Source: Chiloscyllium plagiosum
Taxonomy: Eukaryota
DNA: 52,105 nt
Direction: 5' to 3'
Assembly: GCF_004010195.1 (NCBI RefSeq)
Contig: NC_057718.1
Coordinates: 14,729,577 to 14,781,681, forward strand
Under the pieces are notes generated by a model. The model was not told where the DNA came from. It made no database searches and was given only the letters and a program-made list of their open reading frames with translations. Of the stretch, positions 36,154 through 49,344 are shown piece after piece. Position 1 is the stretch's first letter. The number at the start of each line of letters is the position of its first letter. The translations under genes were made by a program, and so were the position numbers.

Positions 36154-37232
36154 CTACAATTCTCAGAGATGCATACCAGAGGATACAGGCAGAGAAATGT
36201 TTTTTTTTAACTGCCCTGTTGTCCTGCAGGACATAAGAAATGAGTTAAACAAAATGACTGGGCTGCAGCTTTCAATCTGTTTTTAATACATTAATCCCCA
36301 GCTGGTGGGATGTAGAGGCAGAATGGATGAGGTCAATCCCCGAGCACACCAGAGCAACAGTTACAAATGCACCAGGAATTAAACCATGTTTAGGAAGGAT
36401 AACGTCAGAGTCTGTTGGGGATTTCGCAACCCTTTCAACTCATCTTTGTCGGAGCAAGATGGTATGCCAGGGTTTTTGGTCAGAAAGAAACTGCAGGGAT
36501 GAAAAGGGAATGGTAACAACCAAACAAGCCATTAGTACCAGCTGCCCTTTTAGATTTCATTACGATCAGAGGTAGAACATCTGGAAAAAGGAAACTCTCA
36601 TTAATTGCATGGATAAAGGTGAAGGTGACCAGTGCAGAGGAAAACCAGCTCTTATTTTCAGACTTTGAGTGAAAGTTTCCCCACCCCTTCCCTCAACTGC
36701 ACCAACTATGTTGATCCAGGAATCACAAGAAGGAAACCTCTCACCAACTACAGTCAGCGTTGAGGGCTATGGGATCAGGTAGGTCTTGGTTAGATGCAGA
36801 ATGAAAGGTCCTGCTGAGGACCTAAGCCCCAATCTTGGAGAAAGTGTCCCTTCTCCATCACACACTGAACTGAGAAATCCATTTCATTGACCTTCTTCAG
36901 TGGAGCTTGATTTTGTGAAGAAGGGCAGAGAGTCCCCATACATCATCCCTCCCTTAACCAGCTCCACTGAAAATGGATTCACTTGTCATTCATTTCAATA
37001 GATTTGTGGACAATTACAGCTACATAACGCAGTCTTCATGTCACACAACTGTCAGACATGACCATCTCCAAGAAGTGAGCATCTAATCGCACCCCTTCAT
37101 ATTTAATGGCATTACCATCACTGAATTCCCTATCAATATGCTGCTGCACTTGTTACCACTGACCAGAAACTGAATTGGACCAACCATCTGGGACAGCTCA
37201 GGAAGTGGTTCCTGACAGGTCAGTGAACAGAT

Positions 37233-37310
37233 TCTAGATTAGAGTGGTGCTGGAAAAGCACAGCAGGTCAGGCAGCATCTGAGGAGTAAGAAAATCAACA
37301 TTTCGGGCAA
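37233..37310 (-). mobile_element. Tail-less PLE family 1 fragment
   Basis: TCTAGATTAGAGTGGTGCTGG...TTTCGGGCAA. Confidence 0.75.
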
Positions 37311-38134
37311 CCATTGGAATAAATGAATGAGAAAAAAACTTCAACCCCATTTCAGAAAGAGAAAAGCATTTGCACATCCATAGCACCTTTAACAATCAAG
37401 ATGTCCCTCATGTTCTTTTTGAAGTATTGCTATGTAGCAAATGCAACAGCCAATTTGTGCATAGGAAGCTCCCACATATAAGATCCAGCACACATGGGAC
37501 TGGGTTTGAAAACAGAGGGGGGATTTGCTAAATCCCATGGACGCTCTTATTACAGCAGTGAAGGGGATGGCATCAAGCAATTCACACAACTATAGGCCAA
37601 CTAAAGCCCTTCATTATGCAATTACTGGCAATTTAAGGGCACATCTTACCATCACTGTCTGACCAGGAATCCCTCTCATCTTACAGTCTGCTAAAAAGGA
37701 TTTGCAAGCGGGCACCGATTCTGGTCAGCTGTGTTACAAACACATCTTCAACTGTGAAGTCCTAGAGAGGGAGTCAAATCTGCTCAGAGGCCAGGATTAT
37801 ACCCACTGTGCCATAATGAGCTCTGCCAAATAACCAGTGTGTATAATTCCAGTAAGCAAGGTGACAAATCAGCTGCAGGGGGTATGGGTCAATTCTCCTG
37901 CCTCAACCTGTGTGGGGGTACTGAGGCCAGTTTTGGTTTCTTGGCAACAACTTTGTTGACTGATGAGAGATTTTGATAGCATTGACTGAGGGAAAGTATT
38001 TGCTCTTGTGAGGGGCTCAAGAGCTCAATCATCCGATTTAAAACCACTGGCAAAAGTCTAAAGACGAGGTAACAAAATGTTTCTCCTCACATTAACAGGA
38101 TCTGGAACACTGTACCCGAGAAGCTGGTGGGAGC

Positions 38135-38409
38135 TTAGATTAGATTACTTACAGTGTGGAAACAGGCCCTTCGGCCCACACCGCCCCTCCAAAGAGCAAC
38201 CCATCCAGACCCATTCCCCTACATTTAGCCCTTTACCTAACACTATGGCCAATTCACCTGACCTGCACATTTTTTGGACTGTGGGAGGAAACCGGAACAC
38301 CTGGAGGAAACCCACGCAGACACAGGGAGAATGTGCAAACTCCACACAGTTGAACCCGGGTCTCTGGCGCTGTGAGGCAGCAGTGCTAACCACTGTGCCA
38401 CCGTGCCGC
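38135..38409 (-). mobile_element. HE1-type V-SINE inserted in an old CR1 remnant (about 37940-38590)
   Basis: Reverse complement of GGCACGGTGGCACAGTGGTTAGCACTGCTGCCTCAC...TAAGTAATCTAATCTAA. Confidence 0.92.
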
Positions 38410-39374
38410 TTCACAATTTTAAGAGAGTTTGACAGGGACTTGAGGATGAAAAACTCACTGTGTATGGATAAAATGCAGGGATGGGTGGGGGGATTGAGGG
38501 AGGAAGGGGTAGGAAATGAGGCATGACTGCACTTTCCAAGAGATAGTACAGATGTGAAGGGATGAGTGGTCTCCTTCAAGTCTATTATTCAAACCCATTG
38601 GAGACACTTAGTTCAGTAATCAACCACTTCCTTTAAAAATAGATGCTGACATATCTGTTCTGAGATAGAATAGACACAGACAATATACAGGGCTCAGTGG
38701 TGAGTCAGACTGAGTGGTTTTAATAAGAAACCCATTACGAGGGCATGTCACCTTTCAGGAATTAAACAGCAGAAGATGCTCTTGGAATAGATATGGTTTT
38801 ATTCCAAATGGAGCACTGGGACAGGCTCCCCTCTGCTGTTTGTTACATAGCTTTTATGAGGAGTCATTAAAATTCTTCTCAGATACATATTTCATACACA
38901 GTGATTTCTCATATCAAACTCATTTACATTGTCTGTGCAAGAGGAAAAAAAGCATGTCCCTTTCTCTGGAGCAGACATGTAGCAGGATGCAGTGTCCAAG
39001 TAAATGCCATCAGTAACATCATCTGACCCTAACATGTGTTGTGCAACTGCTTTGTGTGATTACACTCCATTCCTCCCTCAAATAACATAATTTACTGCCT
39101 TGAAAAATCATCCAATTTGTAAAAGAGTAAAAGGCTTGCATTTCTTTGGCGCCTTTCATGATAATGTGATTCCTGACAATGGTACACAGCCAATCACTGT
39201 TGTAATGGATCAAATAATTTGTTGATCTGTTTTATTGACATTGATTGAGGGACAAATATTGGCCAGGACACAAGGTGGGCACACGGGCTTTTCCTAAAAA
39301 TGGACTCTTCCTTAGCTTCATCAATCATAACAATCAATCATCATTTCAATGTTCACAGATTATTAACTCTTCCT

Positions 39375-40020
39375 TTATTCTTACTTGGGATGTGGGCATC
39401 GCTGGCAAGGCCATCTCTAATTGCCCTTGAATGGAGTGGCTTGCTAGGCTATTTCACAAAGCAAACTCTTTTGTACTCTTTGCTACCTTCTCCCCAGCAT
39501 CCCCCGCCCGCCCCATTTATCTCTCCACCCTGGAGGCTTCCTGCCTCTATTCCTGATGAAGGGCTTTTGCCCGATACGTCGATTTTCCTGCTCCTCGGAT
39601 GCTGCCTGACCTACTGTGCTTTTCCAGCACCACTCTGATCTATTTCACAAAGCAGTTAAGAGTCAGCCATGTTGCAGTTGGTGTGGAACCATGTGTAGGC
39701 CAGACCAGATATAAGGATTTTTTTTAAAGTTTGTTCATAGAGTGTGAGTATCACTGACTAAGAAATATTCATTGCCCAATTTCTTGTCTTCATTCTAGAG
39801 TCACATGTAGGCCAGACCAGGTAAGAACAGCAGATTTCCTTCACTAAAGGACATTAGTGAACCACATGGGCTTTTATAACAATCAATGATAGTTTTACTG
39901 ATCATCACTGCTGAGACTAGCTTTCATTCAGAGATTATATTACATTAAATTCCACTAGTTGGCCTGACTGGGATTTGAACCCGCATCCCTAAAGCATCAG
40001 CCTGGATTTCTAGTGAATGA
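39375..40020 (-). mobile_element. tRNA-derived SINE (one or two copies), interrupted
   Basis: GGATGTGGGCATCGCTGGCAAGGCC, AAGGACATTAGTGAACC and GGGATTTGAACCC. Confidence 0.7.
39464..39639 (+). mobile_element. Tail-less PLE family 1 insertion with 15-bp TSD
   Basis: CTATTTCACAAAGCA at 39449-39463 and 39640-39654. Hammerhead at 39553-39580 has GAAA>GAUA. Confidence 0.88.
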
Positions 40021-41040
40021 CTTTTAAACTGATTGCAAGTAGGCTTGTCCAAGACCTTTCTCACAGTACAATTGTCTAGCAGTGCAGTGGGCTGGATTAG
40101 GGCTGACTAACAATTTGAGAGTTTAAATCCATTGTGGCTAGTCAAGAAACTGGATTTAGTTCTTCAAAATCTGGGAATAAAAAGCCACTGACAGTAAAAG
40201 TGACCTTGAAGCTATCATAAAAACTCAACATACTCTCTGTCCTTTAGAGAAGGAAGCCCAGACTGGCTTATATTGCCCTGGGGATCCATGGAAACCTGCC
40301 TCCTGAAATGATTTATGGCCCATTGCTGCCCTCTCAGAGATACGAGGCAAATTCCCTCGTTGTGAAATCAGACCTGAGCATCCGAGATTCCCTTCTACGG
40401 GGCACAATGACCTAATTTCAGTCAAACAGCAGCTGAAGAGGGTTGTTATCTGCCGAAGTGACACTGGCCTGTGTACACGCCAACCTAACCGATTAGCACA
40501 AACTGTGAGCAGGTTGGCTGCAGATGGAAGGCAGAGGGTAGTGACTCACAGGTCTGCTATAGCCTGAAGAGCCAGGTACAAAAGCAGCACCAGCGGCAAG
40601 GGATTGCAACTTACTGAAAGACGAAATGTGTGGCAAAGATCTGAAAAGCATTTTTAAAGTGAGGGAAGGGGTGCTTTTAGCCTGTAAAATTGTGAGGGTT
40701 CAAGACAAGGAGAAACAGTTCCAACTGGTGGAAGAGTCGAGAACCCAGAAGGCACTGACTTAAATTGAACAACAAAAGGAAGTGACGGGAAAAGATTATT
40801 TCATACAACACAGGTGAACAGGATCTGGATTGCACTGCCTGAGTGTGTGATGGAGAGCAATTTAGTCACGGCTTTCAAATGAGAATTGGACAATTATCTG
40901 AAAAGATTTGTGGGGTTTGCAGAAAAGCGGGGGGTGGAGTTCGGCCTTGCAGTGTTGCTCTTGCGGTCAGCATGAATCCACAGGAAATAGGGGCAAGCCA
41001 TGTGGCCCATTGAACCTGCTCTGCCATACCACTACGCTCT

Positions 41041-41247
41041 GTTCTGATATAACGCGATAATTCTACTCCCATGCGATCCTGCGTTAAAAGAAAATCGTAT
41101 AATAACAGCACCATTTAAATCAATGGGACCAGAATTTCATTATAGCTAATACAGGCAAGGAAAGTTCACGTTCTCCAAATAACGATCTAAATTATTCAAT
41201 TGCTTCATAGCCAATTCGCATTGAAGAAATGAGTGTTATAGCAGAAC
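41041..41247. mobile_element. MITE (Tc1/mariner-pogo/Tigger-like) inserted in a minus-strand CR1 tail
   Basis: Terminal inverted repeats GTTCTGATATAACGC and GTGTTATAGCAGAAC. Outermost ends appear eroded. Confidence 0.6.
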
Positions 41248-42625
41248 ATCAAAGCTCATCTACCTCAATGTCATTTTCCCACAATATTCCCATGTCTCTC
41301 AATACCTTGAAAATGTAGGAGGCTATCAATCTCTATCATGAACTTACTCAGCCACGGAATCCCTACTGTGTGGAAGTAAGCCATTTGGCCCATTGTGTCC
41401 ATACCAACCCTCCCAAGAGCATCCCACCCATGACTGAGTCTCCATTTCGCTTTGGGGTACAGAATTAAAGAGATTCAATACCCCCGAGGGAAGAAATTCT
41501 TCCTCATCTCACTCCTAAACCGCCTACCTCATTTTCTGAGACTTTGCCCCCAGTTCTAACCATCATCTCTGCACCACCCTATTCCAGCTGAGGAAAGCAT
41601 CCTTCCTGTGTCTGTAATAGTTGGAATGGCCTTCTTCCATCCTGGAACAGTTCCATGATTCTAGGTCTCAATTGGTCAGTAACTGTAATTGGCCTGCTGT
41701 AAATCTGCCTGATAAATCATTTCTCTAAAATAGGCTACGAAATGATTGTCATTGCAGAGACACATCAAGACAACTTAACAAGTTCTTGTTCCTTCAGTTA
41801 GAAATCTAACCTCAAGTACAGCATGGAACCTGTGAACTGATAACCAAAATATCTCTTAATACCCATTCATCACCAGTTAGTCTCACAACTGAGGCTGAGA
41901 TTTAAATCTGCAATGTGTGCATTCTTAAGACACAACTGGTTCCACTGCGTCAAATTCCAACTCTGTCCGAGACTTTGAGAGGTGGGGCTGGGGGTGAATG
42001 AATGAGGCAAGGTGAAGTTTGCCAGTTTAATACTACTACAGAAATCCATTTCATTTCCCAGAAATGTCAGGATTCAGGAGGAATGGGGACCCAGGTAAAA
42101 TCGTAGAAAAATAAATAAGACTTCCATTTGCATTGCGCCTTACACAACCTCAGGACACCCTAACGTGTTTTACAGACAAGGGGAGCATTTTTCTGAAACA
42201 AAAACGACACAAACTGGAGAAATTCAGTGGTCTGGCAAAATCTGTGGAGACAAAACCTTTTATTCCAGTATGACTGCTCTTTGAAACTGAAGAGGGGGGA
42301 GGTGGAAAATTATTGTTTATCTGGTCGGCATGGACGGGTTGGACCGAAGGGTCTGTTCCCATGTTGTACATCTCTATGACTCTATGTTGTTGACAGAAGG
42401 GAATGAAGAACAATAGAACATCTGGTCAGTGGCCCAAGGCAAAAAACAAAGGATGCTAACGGTAAGGATAGAGGAGGATTTATAGGTGCAAAAGAGGTGC
42501 TAACGGAGGGAGTGAATAGTAGAAATTAGGTTGGCTTTTCTCAGAGCAAATCCATGCAAATAAAACACAGGCATCAGGTTGTAATCAAAATGGAAAACAG
42601 CTTTTATATAACAGTGAATTTTTCA

Positions 42626-43167
42626 TGTTATATCATATAGATAAAAGCTAGATTACCTCAGACTAAGGAGTTAGTGACAGATCCAGATCTGAAGTACGGG
42701 ATAAAGTTGAGTTTGTTGAAACTCAGGTGAATAATAGATCCATTAGAGGTTCCAGTCAAGGAGCTAAAATCGCAGCTACCATAAACCTATCGAGATGTTC
42801 AAGAAAGGGATTCCGCTGTGCGTTTTGTACAAAGGTTGCTATTGGGTACTATATAAGGGATGTAGTTTGTTTTTAAACATGTCAAGGAATGTTTAGGTAG
42901 TAATGGAATTTTGTTTTTACTGACTGTTTAAAATGCTTTGAGTTTGTGGCATGAGTAAATAGATTAATCTATTCCGTTTTATCTTCATTACTTTCACTTA
43001 ATAAACTTCTGGTTCATTTGTTAAAATAAAGTCTGCAACATTGCACACTTCCATCTCAGTAAGAGACCATTTTGTTAAATCCAAAACAAAAGTTAGTCAA
43101 TCAAACCAGATTTCATTTTGGCTTCTGACTTGTCCAGCGATAACTTGCTAACACTGGAATCATAACA
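42626..43167 (+). mobile_element. Probable solo LTR (about 540 bp)
   Basis: TGTTAT...ATAACA inverted ends, TATATAA at about 42850 and AATAAA at about 43000. No clear TSD. Confidence 0.45.
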
Positions 43168-43197
43168 GACTTCACTACTCAGCCTTTACAACACAGG

Positions 43198-43393
43198 GCT
43201 GAAAATGTGTTGCTGGAACAGCGCAGCAGGTCAGGCAGCATCCAGGGAACAGGAGAATTGACGTTTCGGGCATAAGCCCTTCTTATGCCCGAAACGTCGA
43301 TTCTCCTGTTCCCTGGATGCTGCCTGACCTGCTGCGCTGTTCCAGCAACACATTTTCAGCTCTGATCTCCAGCATCTGCAGACCTCACTTTCT
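43198..43393 (+). mobile_element. Fold-back PLE family 1 mini-element with perfect 15-bp TSD
   Basis: CCTTTACAACACAGG at 43183-43197 and 43394-43408. Arms 43198-43276 and 43282-43360 differ by one mismatch. Tail starts at 43361. Confidence 0.93.
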
Positions 43394-43419
43394 CCTTTAC
43401 AACACAGGCCCTCACATCC

Positions 43420-44040
43420 TTTCACTAGCACTAAATACTTTCCTGACCCACAAACCACAATCAGTAAGGATAGGTAACAGCACATTGTCCATGCTAATCC
43501 TCATCATCGGTACCCCGCAAGCATGTGTACTTAGCCCCCCACTGTTCTCCCTGTGTATTCATGATCGTGTGGCCAAATTTTGTCTGACAACACCACCATT
43601 ATAGGCTGGATATCAAACAATGATGAGTCAGAATACAGGAAGGAAATAGAGTGCTTAATGTTGTGGTGCAAAGATAACAATCTCTCTCTCAATGTCAGCA
43701 AAACTAAAGAGCTGATCATCGACTTCACGAAGAAAGGAGGAAATAGCCCTGTCTACATCAATGGAGCTGGGGTGAAGAGGTTCGACAACATCAAGTTCTT
43801 GGGAGTGACGATAACCAACAATTTGTTCTGGACTACCCACGTGGATACGACAATCAGGAAGGCACAACAACACCTCGTCTTCTTCAGGAGGCTAAGGAAA
43901 TTCAGCATGCCCTAAGGACACTCACCAACTTTTACAGATGCACCATAGAAAGCAATCAATCTGGATGCATGATCTGTCCACACTGCTCACAAAACAAAAC
44001 TTTTCACTGTACTTAGATACAATAATAAATCAAATTGATA
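43420..44040 (+). mobile_element. Rex1/Babar-clade LINE RT fragment
   Basis: PQSVRIGN...GTPQACVLSPPLFSL and DNTTIIGWISNNDESEYRKEIECLMLWCKDNNLSLNVSKTKELIIDF. Confidence 0.85.
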
Positions 44041-44489
44041 AATACTCCAGGGCCTATAACCTGGGATGACACAGGCTGCAGCCAATCAGATTGGCCAACA
44101 TTTCTCTAAGATAGGATCTGGAAGAATCCTTGTCCTGCCCCAATTATTGCCTACCTCCTGGCTGGCTGCAGAATAGCTGCTGGGCAATTGACAAATCCAT
44201 CAGTGAGTTCCTGACTGGCTTTTATTTGGGGGGGGGGGGGGGTAGGAAGAAACAGGTCAGAGAGTGACAGAGCTGGGTAGGCATGTGAAACACAGTGCAC
44301 TGTTCAATCCAGCCTTTAGAAGCCAATTTGAACCCAGCAATAATGGCCAGATAATCTGTCTGTCAGATGTTGGTTGAGGGGTGAATATTGACTACTGTAG
44401 CAGGGAAAGTTTCCTGACTAATGAAATACTGTCATTGGATCTATTACATTTACCTGATGACCCTAACAGGGCCTCAGCTTTAATGAGGC

Positions 44490-45732
44490 CAACTTCGACA
44501 AGGGAACCTCCAATATGTCCACCTTCTTCCTCAACCGAGGATGCCCAAGCACCGTTGGGGACAGGGCCCTCAACTGAATCCAACCTATCACCCGCACTTC
44601 CGCCCTCAACCCCTCTCTTCCCTCCTGCAACAGTAATAGGTTCCCCTTACCCTTAGGAGAAGCTTAGGACTGCAGATGCTGGAGATTATGAAGGGCTTTT
44701 GCTCGAAACATCGATTCTCCTGCTCCTCAGATGCTGCCTGACCTGCTGTGCTTTTCCAGCACCACACTCTCGACTTCCCCTTATCCTTACCTACCATCCC
44801 ACTGGAAGATCATCAGCTGCCATTTCCTCCACCTCCAGTGAAATACTACGACCAGGCACATCCTCCCTCACTCCCTTGTCCACCTACCCCAGGAGCTGTT
44901 CCCTCCGGGACACCCTAGTCCACTCTTCCTTCACTCGATACACCCCCACCCCCCCCCCCACAGCCCCATGGCGCTTTCCCCTGCAACCACTGAAGGTGTA
45001 ACACCTGCTCATTTACCTCCTCCCTCCTCAGTATCTGTGGACCCAAACACACCTTCCAGGTGAAGCAACACTTTACCTGCCCTTCTCACAATCTAGTCTG
45101 CCGCATTCACTGCCCCCAGTGCGGTCTCCTCTACTTTGGGGAAACACAGCATAGACTGGGTGATTGCTTCACAGAACATCCACATTCTGCCCGGAAAAAA
45201 AGACCCTGAGCTTCCAGTTGCCTGCCACTTTAACGCCCCACCCTGTACCCTGGCCAACATCTCTGTCTCAGGCTTGATGCAGTGCTCCAGCGAAGTTCAG
45301 AACAGGCCAGAAGAACAACACCTCATCTTTCACTTAGGGCTCCTGCAGCCCTCTGGACTCAATATTGAGTTCAATAACTTTGGGGCCTCAACTCTCCCAT
45401 GTCCTAGCCCCCTACCACACACACCAAGCCTTGTTATCACATAGTCTGCTGTTACACACTACCTATTGTTAGTCACTAAATACTCACCCTCCTAGCCAGA
45501 TCGTTATCCACTCCTTTGTCTGTCCAACTCATCCTCTCTTTCTTTGGGCTCTATCCCATCTTTTATTTACTCCTTGCTCCCTTCCCACACCTTATCTTCT
45601 GCATAGAAACCGACATTTTCCTACCCACCATCAGTTCTGAGGAAGGGCCACCGGATCCTAAACAATAACTCTGATTGCACTTCACAGATGCTGCCAGACC
45701 TGTTGAGCTTTTCCAGCAACTTCTGTTTTTGT
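44490..45732 (+). mobile_element. Penelope-like element (family 3) 3' half with GIY-YIG endonuclease pseudogene, inside a DeuSINE-like remnant
   Basis: PLILTYHP, CNTC, CPQCGLLY.GET, PVACHFN...EEQHLIFHLGLLQPSGLNIEFNNF. Degenerate hammerhead at about 45637. Confidence 0.9.
44656..44774 (-). mobile_element. PLE family 1 mini-insertion with internal inversion and 15-bp TSD
   Basis: TTCCCCTTA(C/T)CCTTA at 44641-44655 and 44775-44789. Confidence 0.85.
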
Positions 45733-46239
45733 CTCAGTTTAATGTCTTGTCTAAAGTACAACACCTCTGGCAACACAGTACTCCCCCAGTACTGGACTGG
45801 AGACTTTGTTAATTAAGTCACTGGAGTGGGACCTGAATCCATCATGTTCTAACTCAGGTGAGAGTGCAACCCACAGCTAAAACAAAGATGATAATTGTGT
45901 GCAAGTTGCCTGAATTACCTTTAGTTACACCACACCTCCCCCTCTAACCTCATCAATAGAAATTCCCATGCCAGATGTCAAACAAAGACATGGTTGTTCT
46001 CAAATGGTTCACTATGGGCTTTCCCCTTTTAACAATGAAAATAATACTCAAATTGGCTTAAAAGCCTAATTTTCCCAAGTGTTAGTTGTTCCTCCCATCA
46101 AGACACTACAGTGTGTTTGGTTCCAGTCTTAAGGTCAGCCCTTCAATGTTTCGCCCTCCTCATTTACAAGTCAAAGTGGAAAGCCGGCAAGTCACTAGAC
46201 CGTGAGGGATTTAAATTCAACGCAGATAATCTTAGTGGT

Positions 46240-46610
46240 GCCCCTATACGTGTATTTTTTTCTCCCCATGGCCTCACCCCCTCCCTATCACTGTAATCTG
46301 CAGCCCAATTCCCCCATGGGGGATTTCTGCTTCTGCAATTCCAACCTCATGACGTTTTCTAGCACGAGTGACTAGGCCTTCTGTTGCCAAGGGCCCATGT
46401 TCTACAATTACCACTCTACACTTCTTCATTTCTCCACCTTGCTTGCCTCTTTTAAGACAGTCCTTAAAACTTCTCATAACCATTTGGTCATCCAATCAAA
46501 TATCATCTTCTGTGGCTTGGTGTAATATTTTGTTTAATATTGCTGCTGCAAAGAATGCTGGGACTTCTTATTCTGTGAAAGTGCTATTTAATGTAAGTTG
46601 TTGTTGCCCT
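46240..46610 (+). mobile_element. L2-like LINE 3' tail
   Basis: Ends GTGAAAGTGCTATTTAATGTAAGTTGTTGTTG. Confidence 0.55.
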
Positions 46611-46829
46611 GATCAGGCATGGGAGCTGTGGTAGATTTTTTCGCTAAAACACTGGGGAGGCAAGTTCAATTTCGATCACAGGCATTGGTGGAATCCATAT
46701 TCAAGTCGAAGGCTCGTCTCAGTAATGGAGATAACTGTCATAAAAACCTGTCTGTTTCACCACTGACCTTTAGGGAAGGAATCTGTTGTCCTTCATGACT
46801 TTGGCCTACATTTGATTTCTCTATCTTTG

Positions 46830-47560
46830 TTACATCTTTTCTGAAGATGCAATCTTCCACAGCAGCATATCTGGCACATCATCCTTTCTCCTCAACTGAG
46901 CATTAACCCTACTGACAGGGGTCTTTGACCTTGTCGGTCCTATTGTGCCTCTGCTCTTACCCTTTCCTTTCCCTCCTAGAACCACCGTATGGTTCTCCTT
47001 GCCACCTCCCACCAGACTATCCTTCACCCTCTGCTATTCCCACCATGTCCAGTGTGATGCCACCACTCAACACATCTACCTCTCCCCTCTTTTTACAAAA
47101 TTCCTGAAGCATTGTTCCTCCTGGTTCATTTCTCAGTCACGACCAACATCTCTTTGCCTTGCCATGGCAATTTTTTGCGTGGTCTCAGGGATGAGTATGT
47201 TACATACTCCTCTCACCGTCCATGGCTCCAAACACCCCTTCCAGATAAACCAACAATTCATGTGTACTTTTTTTTCAACTTAGTCTACTGTACTCAGTGC
47301 TCACAACGAAGACTGCTCCGTAATGGGGAGGCCAAGCGCGCACTGAAGGACTACTTTGCAGAATAGCTCTTGCAGTTTCGATTCTCCGCCTTGCTCTCAC
47401 ACTGAATTCTCTATCCGCGGCCTGGCCCCAACCTTCCAATGAAGGCTCAATTCCAGCTTGAGGCACAGCATCTTAGCATTTACAGAGGCATTCTACGGCC
47501 CTTTGGTCTCAACATGAAGTCCAACAATTTCAGACTGCAACCTCTCTCCCTCATTTGAGT
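46830..47560 (+). mobile_element. Old degraded PLE (GIY-YIG region)
   Basis: FQINQQFMC, NLVYCTQCSQRRLLRNGEAKRALKDYFAE. Confidence 0.7.
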
Positions 47561-47754
47561 TTCTATTTTCATCCTGCACGTCTTATTCGTCAGATGGTCA
47601 TTCATATTCTGGCTCTCAGACAGGACTTTCTGTTTTTAATTTCAGACTCCCAACATCTGTAATGTTTTGCTTTTACTCGCTTAACTCACTGCAAAGGGTC
47701 ATGTGATTGCCTGAACGATAATTATCAATAAATTGTTGGCGATCAGTGAATTCT

Positions 47755-48937
47755 CTCCTATTTCAAGGACTGCAATTTCCCCTCGCATTGATCAAGTGTA
47801 TCTCTGATACATCCCACACCTCCACCCTCAAACCCCACCCCTCCAACCTCAACAAGGATATAACCTCCCTGGTTCTCTGAATACAGCGCGTTTTCCTCCG
47901 TCATTTCCACCAGAGATATATTTTCCTTCCCACCCCTATCTGTGTTCCACAGAGTCCATTCCCTCCTTGACTCCTTTGTTAGGTCCACGCCCGTGGCACG
48001 GTGGCACAGTGGTTAGCACTGCTGCCTCACAGCGCCAGAGACCTGGGTTCAATTCCCGCCTCAGGCGACTGACTGACTGACTGTGTGGAGTTTGCACATT
48101 CTCCCCGTGTCTGCGTGGGTTTCCTCCGGGTGCTCCGGTTTCCTCCCACAGTCCAAAGATGTGCAAGTCAGGTGAATTGGCCATGCTAAATTGCCCGTAG
48201 TGTTAGGTAAGGGGTAAATGTAGGGGTATGGGTGGGTTGCGCTTCGGCGGGTCGGTGTGGACTTGTTGGGCCGAATGGCCTGTTTCCACACTGTAATGTA
48301 ATCTAATCACCCACCAACCACCTTCCACTCCTGACACCTTCCTTTGCTGCCGCAAGAGATGCAAAACCTGCATCCACACCTCCCCATTCACCTCCATCCA
48401 AGGCCCTAAAAGATCATTTCAAATGTGGCAGAGATTTTTCTGCTTATCCACCCACTTCATCTACTGCTTCCGTAGCTCTCAATGTGGTCTCCAGGATGCC
48501 AATTTGCAGAGCAGCTCAGGGAACATCTCTGGGATGCACGTACCAAACAACCCCATCACTCTGTGGCTGACCTCTTCAAGTTCCCCTCCTACTCCCCTAA
48601 GGACATACAAGTCCTGGGCCTCCTCCACTGCCAAACCAAACCACTCGACAATTGGATGAAGAATGCCTCACCTTCCGCCTCAGGACCCTCCAACCACACG
48701 GCACCAACATTGACTTCACCAGTTTCCAAATCTCCCCTTCCCCTACCCCTACCTCATCGCAGATTCAACCCTCCAACTCAGCACCGCTCTCTTAAACCAT
48801 CCTCCCCCCTGACAAAAGATTCATGCTTGAAATGTCGACTCTCCTGCTCCTCAGATGCTGCCTGACCTTCTGTGCTTTTCCAGAGCCACACTTTTCGACT
48901 CTGAGTCTCCAGCATCCACAATCCTCACTTTCTCCTA
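47755..48937 (+). mobile_element. PLE (family 1) 3' half with GIY-YIG remnant, interrupted by HE1
   Basis: THFIYCFRSSQCGL, FAEQLREHLWDARTKQPHHSVA, terminus CTCACTTTCTCC. Confidence 0.85.
47993..48308 (+). mobile_element. HE1-type V-SINE, full-length and young
   Basis: A-box TGGCACAGTGG, B-box GGTTCAATTCC, V-domain and (TAATC)n tail. CpGs are retained. Confidence 0.95.
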
Positions 48938-49344
48938 ATCAATAAATAACTTGCCAAATGAGGCATTTAAATTTGTTGATAACAGATTAGCCACTCTGGG
49001 TTGTACAGTGGTCATAAACCACAGAACTCCGTCAATAAACTAATCTTCACATTCAGTTCAATTGGGATTAATGTATTGTGTGTAAATCAGATTGTGGGAA
49101 ACTAATTGATCATTGAAATGTCTGTGGCTCTCCTCCACTCCTCAAAAACAGCTAATGTTTAAACATAAAGTCAGCAAGGTCTTGTTAATTTCCTTAATCT
49201 GACCTGATTGAAGCATTGGTCTGTTCCCTTCACAGGCAGATTGGCTGTTTGTAGTGGAGCTGGACAACTGCTGACTCAGAAACATCACACCTGTCAAACC
49301 AGATAGCAAGGACAGCTCGAATAAAACCACAATGCTGGAAGTCT

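Noticed and set aside
44227..44242. Poly-G run (also 17979-17990) as a G-quadruplex element
   Set aside because: A simple homopolymer with no supporting context.
47993..48065. tRNA-like A and B boxes (also at 7444, 28735 and 50955)
   Set aside because: These are SINE heads followed by SINE bodies, with no complete cloverleaf.
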